64,000 nucleotides of DNA, from assembly GCF_036321535.1 (NCBI RefSeq), contig NC_087437.1, positions 50,532,001-50,596,000 of the forward strand, read 5' to 3'. The DNA is from Camelus dromedarius (Eukaryota). The notes beneath the pieces were generated by a model, which ran no database searches, had not been told where the DNA came from, and saw only the letters and a program-made list of their open reading frames with translations. Position numbers and translations under genes: made by a program. Below, piece by piece: positions 14,285 through 27,596 of this stretch; position 1 is the stretch's first letter; the number at the start of each line of letters is the position of its first letter.

Positions 14285-14437
14285 TTTTCTTTTTTCTTTT
14301 TCTTTTTTTTGGGGGGGGTGGGGAGGGAGGTAATTAGGTTTATTTTATTTATTTTTAGAGGAGGTACTGGGGATTGAACCCAAGACCTCATGCATGTTAA
14401 GCATGAGCTCTGCCACTTGAGCTATACCCTCCCCCCC
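14285..14437 (-). mobile_element. Camelid Vic-1-like tRNA-derived SINE
   Basis: Minus strand reads GGGGAGGGTATAGCTCAAGTGG (A box)...GGTTCAATCCCCAGTACC (B box), AAACCTAATTACCTCCC tail and A-rich end. Confidence 0.85.
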
Positions 14438-14684
14438 TAGCATTTCATTTTGCCAGTTTAATGAACTTTTAAAAACTGAGATCCACTGGGGTCCCCAAAA
14501 CCCCTTTAGGGGTTCCACAGAGTCAAACTACTTCATAATAATAGAATGTCATTTGTCTTTTTAACATTCATTCTCTCACCAAGCATACCATGGAATTTTC
14601 TAGACTGTAGGACATGTTATAATATCCCTCTAATTGCTAATGCAACATGTGCTTGTGTAATCTTAGGTTTTAAACTTTTCTCAG

Positions 14685-15597
14685 TTTATCCTGTCACTCA
14701 ACCCAATTAAAAAAAAGGCAAATAACTTGAATAGACATTTCTCAAAAGAAAATTTAAAAAAAATTGCCAATTAGCACATGAAAAGATACTTAACATTTTA
14801 AGTCATTATGGAAATGCAAATCAAAACCACAGTGAGATGCAACTTCACACACCTCAGGAGTTTTTTTTAAGGAGAAAAAGAAAAAAACCAAAACAAACAA
14901 AATACAAGTTGGCAAGGAAGGATGAGGAGAAACTGGAACTTCAGTGCACTATTGGTGGGAATGCAAAATGGTATAGACACTATGGAAGAGTACATTAGTT
15001 CCCACCAAAATTAAAGAAAGAATTACCATATGATCCAGTAATTCTACTTCTTTGGTTATATACCCAAAAGAATTAAAAATGGTCTTGAAGAGGTATTTGT
15101 ATACCAATGTTCACAGCAGCATTATTCACAATAGGCATAAGCTGGAAGCAACCCAACTGTCCATCGATAGATGAAGAAATAAATAGTACGGTATATCCAA
15201 ACAATGGAATATTATTCAGCTTTAAAAAGGAAGGAGATTCGGACATATATTACAACATGAAGTACCTCAAAGACATTAAGCTAAGTGAAATTAGCCAATT
15301 ACAGAAAGAATAATGCTGAATGACTCAACTTACACGAGGTACCTAGAATAGTCAAATGTATAGAGACAAAAAGTAGAATAGTGATTGTCAGGGGCCTGGG
15401 AAGAGCAGGTGGAGAAGAGGGAATGGGCTCTTACTGTTTAATGGCTACCGGATTTCAATTTTGCAAGAGAAGAAAAGTTCTGTGGATGGATGGTGGTGAT
15501 GGTTGCCCAACAATGTGAATGTATTTAATGCCTCTAATCTCTATAGTTTATATATTATGTTTATTTTTAAAAATACATTAAAATAATAATAATTTTT
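14685..15597 (+). mobile_element. L1 (L1MA/MB-type) ORF2 end and 3'UTR, nested in a hAT-Charlie-like element (about 14455-14684 and 15607-15730)
   Basis: L1 ORF2 C-terminal remnant (ORF 15107: MFTAALFTI...WKQPNCPS); flanking TTTTCTCAG duplication at 14676-14684 and 15598-15606. Confidence 0.75.
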
Positions 15598-16057
15598 TTT
15601 TCTCAGAGCAATTTTTTAAATGGTAAATATTAAATAAATGTAACTAACACAAACAAAAGCTCTTTGGGGAGTCCCAATAAATTTTAAGAGTATATAGAAG
15701 CCTTCAGACCAAAAAGTTTGCAAACTGCTGCTTTAGATGTAAATGTATGCACATATTTTAGGGGCTTGTTAAGTGTCTGATTCAAAGCTGCTGCTGCTGT
15801 TGTTGTTGTTATTATTATTATTATTTTACCACATTTCTATTCTTAAGGAAATCACAGCCAAACTGAGTAGATATTCATAAACTGTATAGGGGCTAATTTC
15901 TCCAAATTGGTCTGAAATGAAAGCACATAACATTCTCCTAACTACAGTCATAATAATTAATGGCTTAAGAGAAAGTAGAGAGTGAAAAAAGACTCTACTC
16001 AGTATGAGAGAGACCAGATTTAGCTCTGAACTGTAGAACGAAACCAAGAAGGCTTAC

Positions 16058-16107
16058 CTGCATGCTATATGACCCATCACGGTTATATGTTACAGCTATG
16101 GCTACAT
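16058..16107 (-). CDS. MCCC1: MCCC1 exon 15 (NVAIAVTYNRDGSYSMQ)
   Basis: AAG acceptor, CAG|GTAAGC donor; 50 nt. Confidence 0.95.
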
Positions 16108-17779
16108 CTTTATGGAAAAAGGGGGGAAATTGAAGAAAAATTAGAAGACATTCATTTATTCAGTAACTGAGATTCTGAAAACCTCACTTTCAACCTAAGG
16201 ATAACTAGTTGTTAGGGATGTCAACATCTTCTAACTCTCTGGCAATAAAGACTTAAAAAAAAAATTAAACAGGTTTCAATAATGGTGAATTTCAAACTTT
16301 TCTTTTTTAAAATTGGAGTTTCAGCTTTTTTAAGATTGTAAGACATTTCATATATTTCCCCCTCAACAAGAAAGGCAGTCGTGTCATAGTAGAAAATGTA
16401 ATTAATTGAGTAAGAGAAATTCTGACTTAAGACTCAAATCTGCCATCTGGGGCATGGTCACCTCTGAGTCTTGATTTTCTGACCTATTCTGATCCATTAA
16501 TTGGGTATGAGAATGTAACAGTAATTGAAAGTGAAAGTACTTTATAAACTGTAACAGACTATACAAATATAATATACAATACATTCATATTATCATGTGA
16601 AGACAGAATAGGTTAAAGACTATCCTAGGAAATGGAAATTTTGTGGGGTGGAGAACGCAGACCAAAGTCATCTCATCTACTCCTGACACGTCAACCAGCA
16701 TTTGGATGCTGCCAGCTTAAGTCTGTCTCTAGCCTTGACCTTCCTTCTCTAGAACTCCAATTAAGTCATTCCCCACAGGATCCTCCATTGACATCTTAAA
16801 TAAACATGGTGGGTCCAACAAATCATCTCTCCTTCCTCCTGCTTTCCCTGCTGACCTGTGAGCTTGATGACTGACACCATCATTCTCCTTGTCATCCAGG
16901 TTTATAACCTGTCATTCTTGCCTCATCCTTCTTTGATTTCCATCTCCAATAGTTACCATAAAGTGGTCAAATTCTTCCCTTTAAGGACCTGTCCTCTACA
17001 TTTCTTCCTTTTCATTTCCACTGCTCTACCCTGATTCAGGCCCCCATCCTCCAGCATGGCTGACTCTGAGGAGGTTTTCCCGGAACTTCCTGCTTCCAGT
17101 CCCAGCCCTTCCAGCTGATGCTTCCCAGAATGTCCCCCTCCCCCATTCAAAATACTTGGCCTAGCATGCTATGGAAGGCACCAAACTCCTAGTTTTATTT
17201 CCCACCATTCTTCTACACAGTCCTGTGTCCCAAACAAATGGGAAAATGGGCCAATTAATATTCTCCATATATGTCTCTAGTCTTCCCTGAAATCGTGCCT
17301 CTTTGCTCATGCTCCTCCTTCACACGCTGCTGGTCCCCAGCCATACCGACTGAGACCCCACTCACTGCTCACATCACGCACTCACTGTCCTTGGGAAGAA
17401 TCTGTCTAGGTGGAATGAGTTCTCTTTCTGAACATTCAGACTTCACTATGATTCTCCCCTCATCTATTTTATGATAGATTTTTTCCCTTTATCAGCTGCT
17501 TTTAAAAATTTCAAATATTCACAAAAGTCAAATACTGAAATATATAAAAGAAAAAGTGAAAGTCCTCTTTATTGCCCAGATGTATCACTGTTAAACTCTT
17601 TAATGCACGAATCCTTTCAGACCTTTTAAAATGTACAAGTTTATTTTTTCCTTTTATAAGAATAGGATATTGTTATACATATTGTTCTGTAACCTACTTT
17701 TTTAAGATTAAATGTGACATACATATCTACTTTGTTCTTTCCATAGTAGCAAGGGGACAGTTTAATAATGATGATGATG

Positions 17780-18030
17780 ATGACAATAACAGCTACTGTT
17801 TACTGACTGCTTGCTAGAGGCCATACAATGAGCTAATTCCTTTACATGTGTTGTCTCATTCAACATACACAACAACCTAAGGAAGTAACTGCCACTACCA
17901 TCCCCATTTATGGTTGAGGACACCTGATGCTGAGAGTGTGTGACTTGCCCAAGAGTCAGACAAGAGGAGAGCCAAAATTCAAAACCCACAGAGTCTAACT
18001 CCAGGACCTGCATTATTAACCACTACACCA
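17780..18030 (-). mobile_element. MIR SINE
   Basis: Near full-length MIR pattern (catccccattt...gtgacttgcccaag...ttaaccactacac). Confidence 0.75.
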
Positions 18031-18459
18031 TTCAACTTGCCAGCATATACACTTCTCCCCTTGCCAAATGGTAAACTCCTTATATCTTTTTTCTCTCTTC
18101 TTTGCATTACTCAGAATATCTTTTTTTTTCCAAAAACTTTGTATTGAATGTATGAATGAATGAAACTTCTTCACCCTATATTTTGTTGATATCTTTAAAC
18201 TTTGTTAAGAGAAAATACATCTAATTACACCATATCAGTTTTCTTTCCATTTATAAAGTATGAAAAGTGTTTAACTGGCAGATGTCAACAGAATCATAGT
18301 AAAAACATTGCCAGGAAAACTCTTAAATTCTTTTATATATTACAGAGTAACTGGACTTGTTCATTCCTCCTTTAGACATCTCTTGACCCCCTACAAGAGA
18401 ACCTTAAACATCCTCTTATATATTTAACGAGGCATATAAGTGTAGCATGGGGTACTATG

Positions 18460-18710
18460 CTTAAGATCAGGTTAAGTGCATGTACCCTGGAGTGTGGGTT
18501 CAAATTCTGGCTCCATCAATTACTTTTGGTGCAACTTTAAGAAAATTATTAGTCTTTCTAAGCCTTAATTCCCAATTTATAAAGTTGACACTAATAATAA
18601 CACTGTCTCATTGGCCTATTCTGAAAATGCAAACGAAATAATCCATAGAAAGTGCTTAACACAGTGTCAGACATATACCAAACACTCAATAAATCTTAGC
18701 TATTATTATT
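18460..18710 (+). mobile_element. MIR SINE
   Basis: gggttcaaattctggctcc...aagtgcttaacacagtg...ctcaataaatcttagctattatt. Confidence 0.7.
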
Positions 18711-20532
18711 AAGTGTAGAGCAGGGTTCTGTGACACATAGCCATAGTAACAAAGGAAGATTATTTTTCAAGCCTTGAATATTTAAAATACTGGATTGTTT
18801 TCACTGAGATCATTAGGAGTTGGTTCTACTTTAGACTCACAAATGCTTTTGGGTCCTTAGAGTTCCTGCTTGGCACATTCTCTTAGTCAACCACGGTCAC
18901 TGCTGATTAGCATTTATTAAACACTCACCATAACATTTCTGAAAGAAGTTACATTCAGTCCTGGATTACTGTTCAAAAGTATTACGAAAAGGATGTAGTG
19001 AACAGCACTCATAGTGGTTTTTTGATTATATACTTATTTATTTTAAAATTTAAAAAAAATTCCAGGAAGTGCAGTATAATTCAAAACACTGATCAGAGTC
19101 TCTGTGCCAAATAACACAGTTGGCTCATCTGAATTTTAATTACACGTGACTTTTCTGTTTAATTTAGGTTGAAGAGGCCACTGAAACTCTGCTGCTGATA
19201 CTTGTACTCAGCATACAGGAGTCCACGGTAAAATATACCCACATTTTGAAGACTATTTTTTTAAGGTAAAATAAATAAACACACCAGCAGATATGTTAAC
19301 CATTTGCAAAATGCTACTTTATAAGAAATGTCTGCAAACTTTCCTTCCATGTACTCAATGCACTTAGGGCAAAGACCATCTAGGCTCAGAATGAAAAAAT
19401 ACCTAAAGAGCTATAACCCAATCAATTTCTGTGAAGAAAAATCTGTTAACAAGTGAGTGGATGTCTACAAAGATCTGAGGTAAAGAAATTTCTACTCTGT
19501 CCAGGGAGGAGGATGCTGTGATGAGCTGGCAGGAGGATTCTGCTCTACCTAGTACGTACATCTTTATAATGGAGCTATCACAGTTCAGTGACATCTCACA
19601 TTCAAGGTTATCCAACCCTCCCAGCTCTGACTCTGCACCCATTTGGCTTCCCAGGCAAACTGTCCTGCAGCAGAAGGAATATAGCCATCTGCTTCTACAG
19701 GATTCTGGTCCCTCTGGTACACTGTTTCAGCCATAGTTTATAAACTGCCTTTTGGCTTAGGTGTCAGCCTCTCCTACCTTCAGTTACAATAAATCAGGCC
19801 CTATTCTAAGCCTACTCAAATTAGTTTGCAATCAAAAATCATTTTTCCACTGGAAAAGTGGTAGAAATAGCATAGGAGTCAAGGTTAGAAAGAATGGTGT
19901 CAATCTTGGCTTTGACACTAACTAGCCTTCATTAAGTTACTACATTTCCCAAGCCTCAGTTTCATCAGCAATATGTGGGTATAACAGTGACTCTTCTTCA
20001 TTAAGTTGTTATGAAGATAAAAATTTACACGTGATAACATTAATAAATTATAGCTCTTGAGTAACCCACTTCCACCTGAAACTGCCTGAGCAATGGGTAA
20101 TCCTTCCACAGAGTAGTTTTGGTTATTGTTTTTCTTGTTTAAAAGTAATACGTTCTCATCGAAGAAAAATTTCAAAGCTAAGAAAGTACAAAGAAACGGG
20201 GAAAAAAGGCTACTCAAATCCCACCATCTGACAGAAAACTCACTGATGTTTTGGCATATTTCATTTTAGTCATTTTGCTATGTATGTTTTATGACATGTT
20301 TTAAAAAATATTTACAAAATATGGAAAAGCGTAAACAAGAAAAACAAATACCATTAACTCTACCCAGAGCAAATCAATTCCATTATTTTGGCATACTTCC
20401 TTCCAAAGTTTAGGCTAGGGATGTTAAAAAATGTAATTGACTGATTGCAGCCAGGCTGAATTGCTTTTTTTTTCAGGTAAATGTGATCTATTTCTACGAA
20501 GCACATTTATCTTTTAATAAAACATTACTTAC

Positions 20533-20619
20533 TGTTTTTACCATCCTTAAGAGTCATGTTTCTGGTGTAACAGATATTCAGTCTTCTTCCACTGCTGGAT
20601 GCAAAAGGAGAATACTGAT
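20533..20619 (-). CDS. MCCC1: MCCC1 exon 14 ([29 protein letters not shown])
   Basis: Poly-T TAG acceptor, ACA|GTAAGT donor; 87 nt. Confidence 0.95.
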
Positions 20620-22118
20620 CTAAAAAAAATTTTTTTTAATTCAACAACAAATTTATGAACATCAACCCTACCAAATTTATACCTCACAAAAGAAAACATA
20701 AAACACAGGTCCTTTACTGGCAGCTCAAATGTGTTTTCTTTGTTCTATTCATTGCTTTAAATTTAAATTAGATACTTTCATTTACGTCTCAGGAAATTCC
20801 ATATAAAAAAAAAATCCCAGTTTCTCTTGAAAAATCAGAATATTTTCACTTAAACTCTCATTCTCTGGTGGCATAAGCTGTATAGTGGTCACCCCTTTGA
20901 CAGGGCAAATGCACTCCAGGTCATCCAAATCTCTACCACTCACTATTTTTCCTTCACCTGGCCTCTTTTATTCTTCTGTTGCTGGTCCACCCCAGAGACA
21001 TTTGCGTGTACACCTGCTGCTGGACCATATCCAGCATAGCCAAATTGAAGCAATTTATTCTGAAACTCCTATCTGTGCTGGTTATAAATTTTAAAAAGGT
21101 AAGTGAGAGTAAAAGGACACTCCTTTCTAAAAATGCTAAGTTCAGGCTTAGGAATATCATATGGAGTGTATTTAGATGCATTTATTTAATGTAAAATGGC
21201 AAAATGAGGCCAGAGAATAAATCTCTTAAAGATATACTTATATACTACATTTCAATATCATTTTCTTGAATGAATCTAGAAATTAAAGATCCTAACAATG
21301 GGATCCTATAATAATATAATAATCCCAATAATGATGATGGGATAAACAGATTCAATTTTTTTTTTTTCTGTTTGCTCCAAAGATCAGTTAGCCTGAGTAA
21401 ACGTTATGGAGCAAGTCTGAGCGAGCTCAGATTTTGCTCAATTCAGAGGGAAGAACTTCTTAACGGAAAACTGACTGTAAGGGTAATAAGCTAATGAATT
21501 TTCATTATGAATTTCCAGCTTCCTGAGGTGCTAGGAGGAGGCTGAAACAGGGCTGCATGTGTGTGGCAGCCGGAATGAGTCTCTGCTATAGTCCTCCCTG
21601 TGTTCAGATTCTGTGATACGATGGAGAAGTTCCTAGGTCTTTAGGGAGTTAGAAATTTGATCGCAAAATGGAAAAAGAAAGAAGGAAATAACAGTAAATT
21701 ATGGGTAACCCAAGGAGAATCTGAGTCTCCAGGACCAAGGAAGTTGCTGCAGGTACAAAGGATACAATAGAGTAGGCCACAAGGAGTGGTGAATAAAAGA
21801 AATTGAAAGGAAATTTGAAAAAACAGAAAAAAAAAGCTGGAATGGGATACGGGGAGAACTAGTGTTTGCCTGAAAAGAAGTCCATCTCTACATTGTTAGG
21901 TGATTAGTTACCTTCTATTTAATGGGTTAGAGTGTTTAAGGGTGCATCCTTGTTTTGTGAACAGCTCTACTTCACACTAAAATACACATTAGCAGAGGAT
22001 GGTGTCAAGCACTGAGGGCAGAAAAGGGAGGCAGGAGTGACATAAAGAAAGAAAAGTATGTTCAATAATTATTCATAAAATCTTGATAAGCAGAGGAAAG
22101 AGACAAGCATTCTTGTAC

Positions 22119-22335
22119 CTTGTGTCTGAGTTTTGAAAACATCAGACATAGCTTTCTCCTTGAGGATGAGACCCAGAGCTGCCTGGCATAAAAACTCTTT
22201 GGCTGTGGCCTTCCGACCGGGCAATAGTTCTTTTTGATGTTGAGGGATGAAATCAGTGTGCACATTCCCAGCTTCAAACTCTGGGTGGCCAGAAAGGCTG
22301 AGAAGGAAGTCAATGTTGGTGTGCAGTCCAACGAT
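22119..22335 (-). CDS. MCCC1: MCCC1 exon 13 ([72 protein letters not shown])
   Basis: Overlaps ORF 22069..22263; TAG acceptor, AAG|GTACAA donor; 217 nt. Confidence 0.96.
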
Positions 22336-22859
22336 CTAGGGGGAAAAAGCCCACATCCCCAGTAAGTGTGGAAACAACATATTCAGAAAACATTTCTATT
22401 GCACCTGCTCTTCCTAGTATTTTCTACTATGAATAACTCTCAGGAAAAACAAAACAAAACAAAACCACTCACGTCACCATCACTATACACCTGCACTTAA
22501 CAGTACGTTAATTTACTACGATAAAGAGGATGTAGAAAATGCTGCTGGGTAGGTAGCATGGAGACATTTAATTGACTTAGGTTAGGAAAGTAAGTTAAAT
22601 GTTAAGAAACTTATTAAGAGATTTATTTGCAAGATATTGAAGACTTGCCGCTCAGAACACCCCACAAAATAGGAAGACTGCAAACAGAGGGTAGGACTGC
22701 TACACTAGGGAGAAGGTAGGATTGCATGACCTGAAGAGAGCTTCCTTCCAAAACTAAAATCCGTATCTGACACACTGACATAAAAATTAAAAAGGTATAA
22801 AATTAACTCAAGTCCACTCAATAAATGAGATCCACAGTAAAAACCAGCTATCTGAGACC

Positions 22860-23280
22860 TGGATTCATTCATTTATTTAATACCCATTTACTGAGCATCT
22901 TTTAGGTGTCAGGCCCAGACCCAGGTACTGGGGACACAGTGAAAAACAAAACAAAGTCCTTGCCCTCACAGAACTTACATTTTAGGGACAGATAACAAAT
23001 AATACCCATAAACTAATATCTAATATAATATCAAGTGATAGGAAGAAAAATAAGGCTGGCCAAAGGGACAGAAAACAGCAAAGCATCCTGTTTTAAACAC
23101 GGTTGCCTATGAAGGACTCTGAAGATCATGGTGAGCAGGGCTGAGGACGGTGAGGAGGGAGTCCTGGGATTATGTAGGGGAAGAACATTCTGGAAGAGAG
23201 AACAGGAACAGATGGTTCCATGCTGGGTGTGTCTAAACAGCAAGAAGACCAGTGAGGGTGGAGCCAGAGATCAGAGGTTT
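22860..23280 (-). mobile_element. L2 LINE 3' fragment
   Basis: attcattcatttatt...tttactgagcatc...ggtactggggacacagtg, the reverse complement of the L2 3' end. Confidence 0.7.
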
Positions 23281-23725
23281 GGTCAAATTCATGACATATA
23301 ATAATGTGCATATCACAGGTTAATAAGAAATCCTTCTATGAAGCTAAATCAGTGTGGTGTGGGACCTACTGCACCAAGGAAATTAATGCGCTACAGAAAA
23401 GCAACAAATTCCAACAAATGAATAAAACTGAAAATAATTCTTTTCCTTTGGAGAAAGTAACACTAGACTATAGGCCGTACTTGTGTAGCTGGGCTTACCT
23501 ACAGGATGAATAGGAATTGCATATTGGGTCTCACTGAAGTTATCACTGATGCTAATAGTTTGTCTTGTAATCTTTCTTTTCTAGCTGAAATCAGGAAGTC
23601 CTCAAAGTCTATTCTGATCAATGGAAAATCCTCCGATGTGAAATTATTTTGTTTTTGACAAGATATGCTTGGCTGTAGATAGACAGAGAGCATCAGGGTC
23701 ACTCACATGGCCCCAGGTCACTCAC

Positions 23726-23835
23726 ATGGTACTGTCGAAGGCTGTACCTCAGTTTCGTCAAGGCTGCCTGGCGATCTGCAGCCCACACAACCAGCTTTGC
23801 AATCATTGGGTCATAATGCATGGAAACTTCATCTC
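23726..23835 (-). CDS. MCCC1: MCCC1 exon 12 ([37 protein letters not shown])
   Basis: YDPMIAKL motif; CAG acceptor, CAT|GTGAGT donor at 23725; 110 nt. Confidence 0.96.
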
Positions 23836-25010
23836 CTGAAATTGAAAAACCACAGTAACCACTCAAAACTTAAAGGGATAAAATATGATAAGCAAGACAT
23901 TCTCCTGGGGCTTCATGTACATTTCACACTTAATCCTCACAAACTCCTGCATGATAGAGATCATTACCACCATTTTATTCATGAGGAATCAAGGCTTACA
24001 GGGGCTTAAAAACTTACTAGAAGTCTAAGGAGGTTATGACCACCCAAGAGCACCAGGACCTAAAAGAGTCATTCACTGACACACAGGCTGGTTTTCTCCA
24101 TCCATTCCTCAGAAACTTCTTTTCACTTCTCATTTTGGAAGTTGGTGCAAACTCCCTTCACCCTCTCAGATCACAGTCACTTTGTCTTTAGCATTTCGTC
24201 CCTCCACATCCTCAGTTTCCTCACCAGAAAAATAAGGATAATAATTCCTTTATCCTGCAGGCTTGTTGGGAGGATTGACAATCAAGTGCTAAACGCCATA
24301 CCAGGCAGAGCTGATAAACAAGGAACAGCTATCACTACATGACAGAGTCTCAGAGAATCTGAACCATGCACATCTCATTGGTAAGAAATGGTTCAAGTCA
24401 GAAGTTATAAGGAATGCTGTTCGAGGAACTTTTTGTGATTTTGGCACATCACTTGACCCCTCTGAACCCTAGAGTCTCCATCTATAGAATCAAGGAGATA
24501 GATTACACTCCCTTATCCACCCACCCATCCATCCATCCACCCACCTACCCACACATACTGACCACCTTCTAGGCCTAGGCTTGAGCAAGGTCCTGCAAAT
24601 ATAAGATGGAAGACAGAATCCCTCCCTTAAAATTCTTATAGTCTAATGGAGAAACTAGACAAGGAGTAAAAGATCACTGTAAGATAGTATAAAAGGGCAA
24701 TGCACAAGGAATACACAGGGGACTCAGGAAACACAAAAGAGGAGGGGTTGGGGGGAGCTTCCTGGCCTAGATTATCCTTTCCAGTGTTAGGATGTGAATC
24801 TGGGAGTCCTTTTCATAATTGTATCTCTGTTATCCTTTGAGCACCTTTATTAAATTATACTGCAAGCTTTGCTTCCTCACAGATTATTTCTTCTCTATTA
24901 TAAGTACTCTCTTTTCTATGATGTTTTGCTGTTAAGTTAAAATCTTGCTGTGGGTTAGCCAGAGGTCTCAAAATTCTGCCAACTTATTATTAAGAAGTTT
25001 TAATTCCATG

Positions 25011-25100
25011 GAGGGAGGGTATAGCTCAATCCCCAGTACCTCCATTAAACTAAAAAAAAAAAAAAAAGTAAACCTAATTACCTCCCCTCCCCCAAAACAA
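25011..25100 (+). mobile_element. Internally deleted Vic-1-like SINE
   Basis: GGGAGGGTATAGCTCAA joined directly to TCCCCAGTACCTCC; tail AAACCTAATTACCTCCCC present. Confidence 0.8.
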
Positions 25101-26139
25101 AATCCACAACGGAAAGGAAGTCCTTCAGTAAATGGTGTTGGGAAAACTGGACAGCAGCATGTAAATCAAAGAAATTAGAATACTTCCGCATACCATACAC
25201 AAAAATAAACTTGAAACGGTTAAAGACTTAAACATAAAACAAGAGACAATAAACCTCCTAGAAGCAAACATAGGCAAAACATTGTCTCACATACATCTCA
25301 GCAATGTTCTCCTAGGGCAGTCTACCCAAGAAATAGAAATAAAAGCGAAAATCAACAATTGAGACCTAATTAAACTTACAAGCTTTTGCACAGCAAAGGA
25401 AACCGTAAGCAAAAGAAAATGACAACCTACACAATGGGAGAAAATATTTGCAAATGATGCAACTGACAAAGGCTTGATCTCCAGAATATACAAACAGCTC
25501 ATATGACTTAATAAGAAAAAAACAAACAATCCAATCCAAAAATTGCCAGAAGACCTAAATAAGCAATTCTCCAATGAAGACATATGAATGACCAACAGGC
25601 ACATGAAAAAATGCTCAGTATCACTAATTATGAAATGCAAATCAAAACTACAATGAGATATCACCTCGTATCAGTCAGAATGGCCATCATTCAAAAGTCC
25701 ACAAATAATAAATGCTGGAGAGGCTGTGGAGAAAAGGGAACCTTCCTACACTGTTGGTGGGAATGCAGTTTGGTGCAGCCATTGTGGAAAACAGTATGGA
25801 GAGTCCTTAAAAGACTAAAAATAGACTTACCATATGATCCAGCAATCCCACTCCTGGGCTTATGTCCAGAAGGAACCCTAATTCAAAAAGACACTTGCAC
25901 CCCAACGTTCATAGCAGCACTATTTACAATAGCTAAGGCATGGAAACAACCTAAATGTCCACTGACAGGTGACTGAAGAAAGAAGTTATGATATATTTAT
26001 ACAATGGAATACTCTTCAGCCATAAAAAAGACAATATAATGCCATTTGTAGCAACACGGATTTCCCTGGAGAATGTCACTCTAAGTGAAGTAAGCCAGAA
26101 AGAGAAAGGAAAATACCATATGATATCACTCATATGTGG

Positions 26140-26176
<37 letters not shown>

Positions 26177-26488
26177 TAAATGAATTTAAATATAAAACAG
26201 AAGCAGACTCACAGACATAGAACACAAACTTGTGGTTGCCAGGGTGGAAAAGGGTGGGAAAGGACAGATTGGGAATTCAGGATTTGTAGATACTGACAGG
26301 TATATATAGAATAGATAAACAAGTTTATACTGTACAGCACAGGGAAATATATACAAGATCTTCTAGTAGCTCATGGTGAAAAAGAATATGAAAATGAATA
26401 TATGTATATCCATGTATGACTGAAAAATTGTGCTGCACACCAGAAATTGAAGCATTGTAAACTGACTATAACTCAAAACAAAACAAAA
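25101..26488 (+). mobile_element. Relatively young 5'-truncated L1 (ORF2 C-terminus, 3'UTR, A-tail)
   Basis: ORF 25584..25976 ([18 protein letters not shown]...YDPAIPLLG...[18 protein letters not shown]) is the L1 ORF2 cysteine-rich C-terminus. Confidence 0.92.
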
Positions 26489-26814
26489 AAGAAGTCCTAA
26501 TTCTTCATTTTGGTTTTCAAGACCGAAACGATCTGCTCTCATTCTATTATCTCCAGCCACATCAACTACTCACCATCCTAAACCCTTTTCTCCAGCCACA
26601 TATTTTCTTACAGATCTTTGAACACACCTTTAGTTAAGTCCTCTTTTCTTCACTTTTATGTATGCAGTTAAATCTGCCTACTCAAATCCACTCCAGGTTT
26701 CCTCTTAGAAATGTGTCCTGCTATATCAGGCTAACGTAACCTGTTAATTGTGAGAATTGCTGTATTTTCTCTCTCACCATCTGTTTAACTTCTGTGGCAA
26801 CTAAGGTGGCAATA

Positions 26815-27062
26815 GACAGTGGTGGCTCAGAGGGCAGACCCTGGAGCCGGAATGCCTTCAGAATGCCTGGGTCTGAATCTTGGCTCCAAGGGTGATCTTG
26901 AATAAATCACTTCTCTGTGCCTGGTTTCCTCATCTGGAAAATGGGGATGATAATGACACCTACTCATAGGGTAGTTCTCATAGTTAAAGGAGCCCATGTA
27001 GAAAAATCACCCAGAACAGCACCTGTACATAGTAAGTGCTAAATAATTTAGTTATGACCATT
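26815..27062 (+). mobile_element. MIR SINE
   Basis: ttctctgtgcctggtttcctcatctggaaaatggggatgataat...catagtaagtgctaaataa. Confidence 0.75.
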
Positions 27063-27596
27063 GTAATTAATCATACGTGAACTGTGACAGCTCTTGTGCA
27101 CGATTTTTTTTACTTTTCTTTCTTTCTTTTACTATTGTTAAGCTTGAACTGAACTTATTTTTACTGAATTCTTCAGCTTGACTTTCAGTATCTTGAAGTC
27201 AGAATGCCTTGGGCATACCAGGTATCAGTCACCTTAAATCATTTTTGGAACTAGGCAAAGTAAAAATGGAAAGCAGTACACACAAAATATTTTTTGCTTA
27301 GGTTTGACTAAGTGCTGCTGCATTTCAAAAAAAGAGAGCAAAGAAAAAAAAAGGAACTGCTCAAAATTAAAGAAACATTAGTTTAAAAAAAGAGAGTAGT
27401 ACTGCTTAAAAATAGTTATTCTTTAAAAATAACTATTCCTGAGAAAAAAGTAAAGATTAATGAGAAATCAATTAAATCCTTTATTTAAAAACACACTACG
27501 CATTTCCACAAAACACAGGGAAAAGACCCCCATCCAAAAACAATAATGTATTTAAAGTTTTCTAAAACCAAGAATTTTTATTTTATTTCACTTTAC

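Noticed and set aside
14350..14437. tRNA-like sequence with A and B boxes (also at 31798 and 55842)
   Set aside because: SINE tails, A-rich ends and TSDs identify these as SINEs, not tRNA genes.
25287..26179. Long ORFs (125 aa minus, 130 aa plus)
   Set aside because: These are an L1 ORF2 remnant and its antisense frame, not host genes.
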